From Gemmatimonadaceae bacterium (GTDB taxonomy: Bacteria; Gemmatimonadota; Gemmatimonadetes; Gemmatimonadales; Gemmatimonadaceae), in NCBI GenBank assembly GCA_020852815.1, contig JADZAN010000015.1:70840-134839 (forward strand): 64,000 nt of DNA, in the 5' to 3' direction. The position numbers and the translations under genes are program-made. Shown here piece after piece: positions 63,318 to 64,000 of this stretch. Positions within the stretch are counted from its first letter, which is position 1; every line of letters starts with the position of its first letter. The notes beneath the pieces were generated by a model. The model was not told the origin of the DNA and searched no databases. It saw only the letters and a list, made by a program, of their open reading frames with translations.

Positions 63318-64000
63318 GTGGACCAGAATCGCACTGCACCCGATCAGCTTCCCATCGGCGACGTGAGCCGCCGCGACTTTCTGCAGGGGACCGTGGCCAG
63401 CGCCGCGCTCTTCGCCATTGGCGACACGCATCGCTTCGCTTTCCTCGAAACGCAGCAGGACGCCGTCCTCGCGCAGATCACCGCGCAGCACGACGCCACG
63501 GTGAAGATGATGCGCGACTGGATCGCGCTCCCGTCGATCGCCGCCGAGAACCTCAACTATCCGCAGGGGCCGGAGTACATGGCCAAGCTCGCGCGTGAGT
63601 CCGGCTTCGATCACGTCGAGGTGATTCCCACCGCCGGCAAGGGGGGCGTCTTTGCCACGCTCGACAGCGGCGCCAAGACCACGCTCGCCGTCTACATGAT
63701 GTACGACGTGAAGCAGTTCGATCCCAAGGAGTGGACGTCGCCGCCGCTCGAGGGGCGCCTTGTCGACCGCCCGGGGCTCGGCAAGGTGATGGTTGGGCGT
63801 GGCGCGACCAACACCAAAGGTCCGCAGACCGCCTTCCTCGCCGCAATGAAGGCATTCAAGGGAGCCGGGAAGAAGCTCCCGGTGAACATCGTCCTCGTCG
63901 CCGAGGGTGAAGAGGAGATCGGTTCGCCCAACTTCCGCGAGATCGTCTTCAAGCCGCATGTGGAGGCAGCGCTGCGCAAGTGCGTGGGGATCATCATCCC
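63318..64000 (+). CDS. M20-family metallopeptidase with Tat signal (5' part; continues past the right edge)
   Basis: AGGAGAG (63306-63312) precedes GTG 63318. The translation reads VDQNRTAPDQLPIGDVSRRDFLQGTVASAALFAIG (Tat) ..WIALPSIAAEN..GRGATNTKGPQTAFLAAMKAF..VAEGEEEIGSP. It is open to the window end and is not in the ORF track because it has no stop. Confidence 0.75.
   Translation, partial: MDQNRTAPDQLPIGDVSRRDFLQGTVASAALFAIGDTHRFAFLETQQDAVLAQITAQHDATVKMMRDWIALPSIAAENLNYPQGPEYMAKLARESGFDHVEVIPTAGKGGVFATLDSGAKTTLAVYMMYDVKQFDPKEWTSPPLEGRLVDRPGLGKVMVGRGATNTKGPQTAFLAAMKAFKGAGKKLPVNIVLVAEGEEEIGSPNFREIVFKPHVEAALRKCVGIII

Noticed and set aside
1-64000. tRNA, rRNA, tmRNA, RNase P or other structured RNA genes; IS elements, integrases
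   Set aside because: I scanned the intergenic regions (3475-3753, 16769-17159, 21651-22000, 28961-29285, 38628-38883, 59809-60078 and others) by eye. No cloverleaf-like or rRNA-like sequence was seen, and no transposase or integrase motifs appear in any frame. A covariance-model scan would be needed to be certain.

Overview
High-GC (about 68-70% by eye) bacterial chromosomal segment. The gene content suggests a Gemmatimonadota/Acidobacteriota-like soil bacterium, but this is tentative: a PadR + ADOP-type duplicated permease pair, BNR/sortilin-like and CarboxypepD_reg+Plug proteins, a Ser/Thr kinase with TPR tail, and many Tat- or lipoprotein-exported enzymes. I call 41 protein-coding genes (two truncated by the window edges), one RND-pump pseudogene remnant, two families of interspersed intergenic repeats and several short tandem repeats and hairpins. 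I saw no rRNA, tRNA, CRISPR array, transposase, integrase or phage genes. Functional blocks, left to right: (1) a secreted multidomain nuclease and a BNR protein. (2) An STK-TPR / HD-GYP-TPR signalling pair. (3) A four-gene GMC-flavoprotein operon with unusual partners. (4) ggt. (5) A TolC-MFP-RND efflux operon next to a degraded duplicate of its own 3' end and a low-GC gene. (6) PadR + ADOP permease. (7) A GH20 hexosaminidase plus a symporter-nucleotidyltransferase-GHMP kinase operon. (8) A Tat-exported Gfo/Idh/MocA oxidoreductase with two TIM-barrel proteins and a dihaem cytochrome c. (9) DUF885, a PLP enzyme, an acyl-CoA synthetase and an amidohydrolase. (10) Surface and outer-membrane proteins, a truncated haemoglobin, a 5'-3' exonuclease, a TonB receptor, an APC permease, two lipoproteins and an M20 peptidase. 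The most interesting candidates: the GMC/Fe-S flavoprotein operon that has a ferritin-like protein where a cytochrome c subunit is expected; the periplasmic oxidoreductase/TIM-barrel/cytochrome cluster; a split Fkp-like sugar-1-kinase/pyrophosphorylase salvage pair; the two repeat families, one of which brackets a gene; and a strongly over-represented heptamer, CGTTAGG, that accounts for almost every TTA codon I saw. All domain calls come from motifs read by eye and recalled family signatures. No database search was run.
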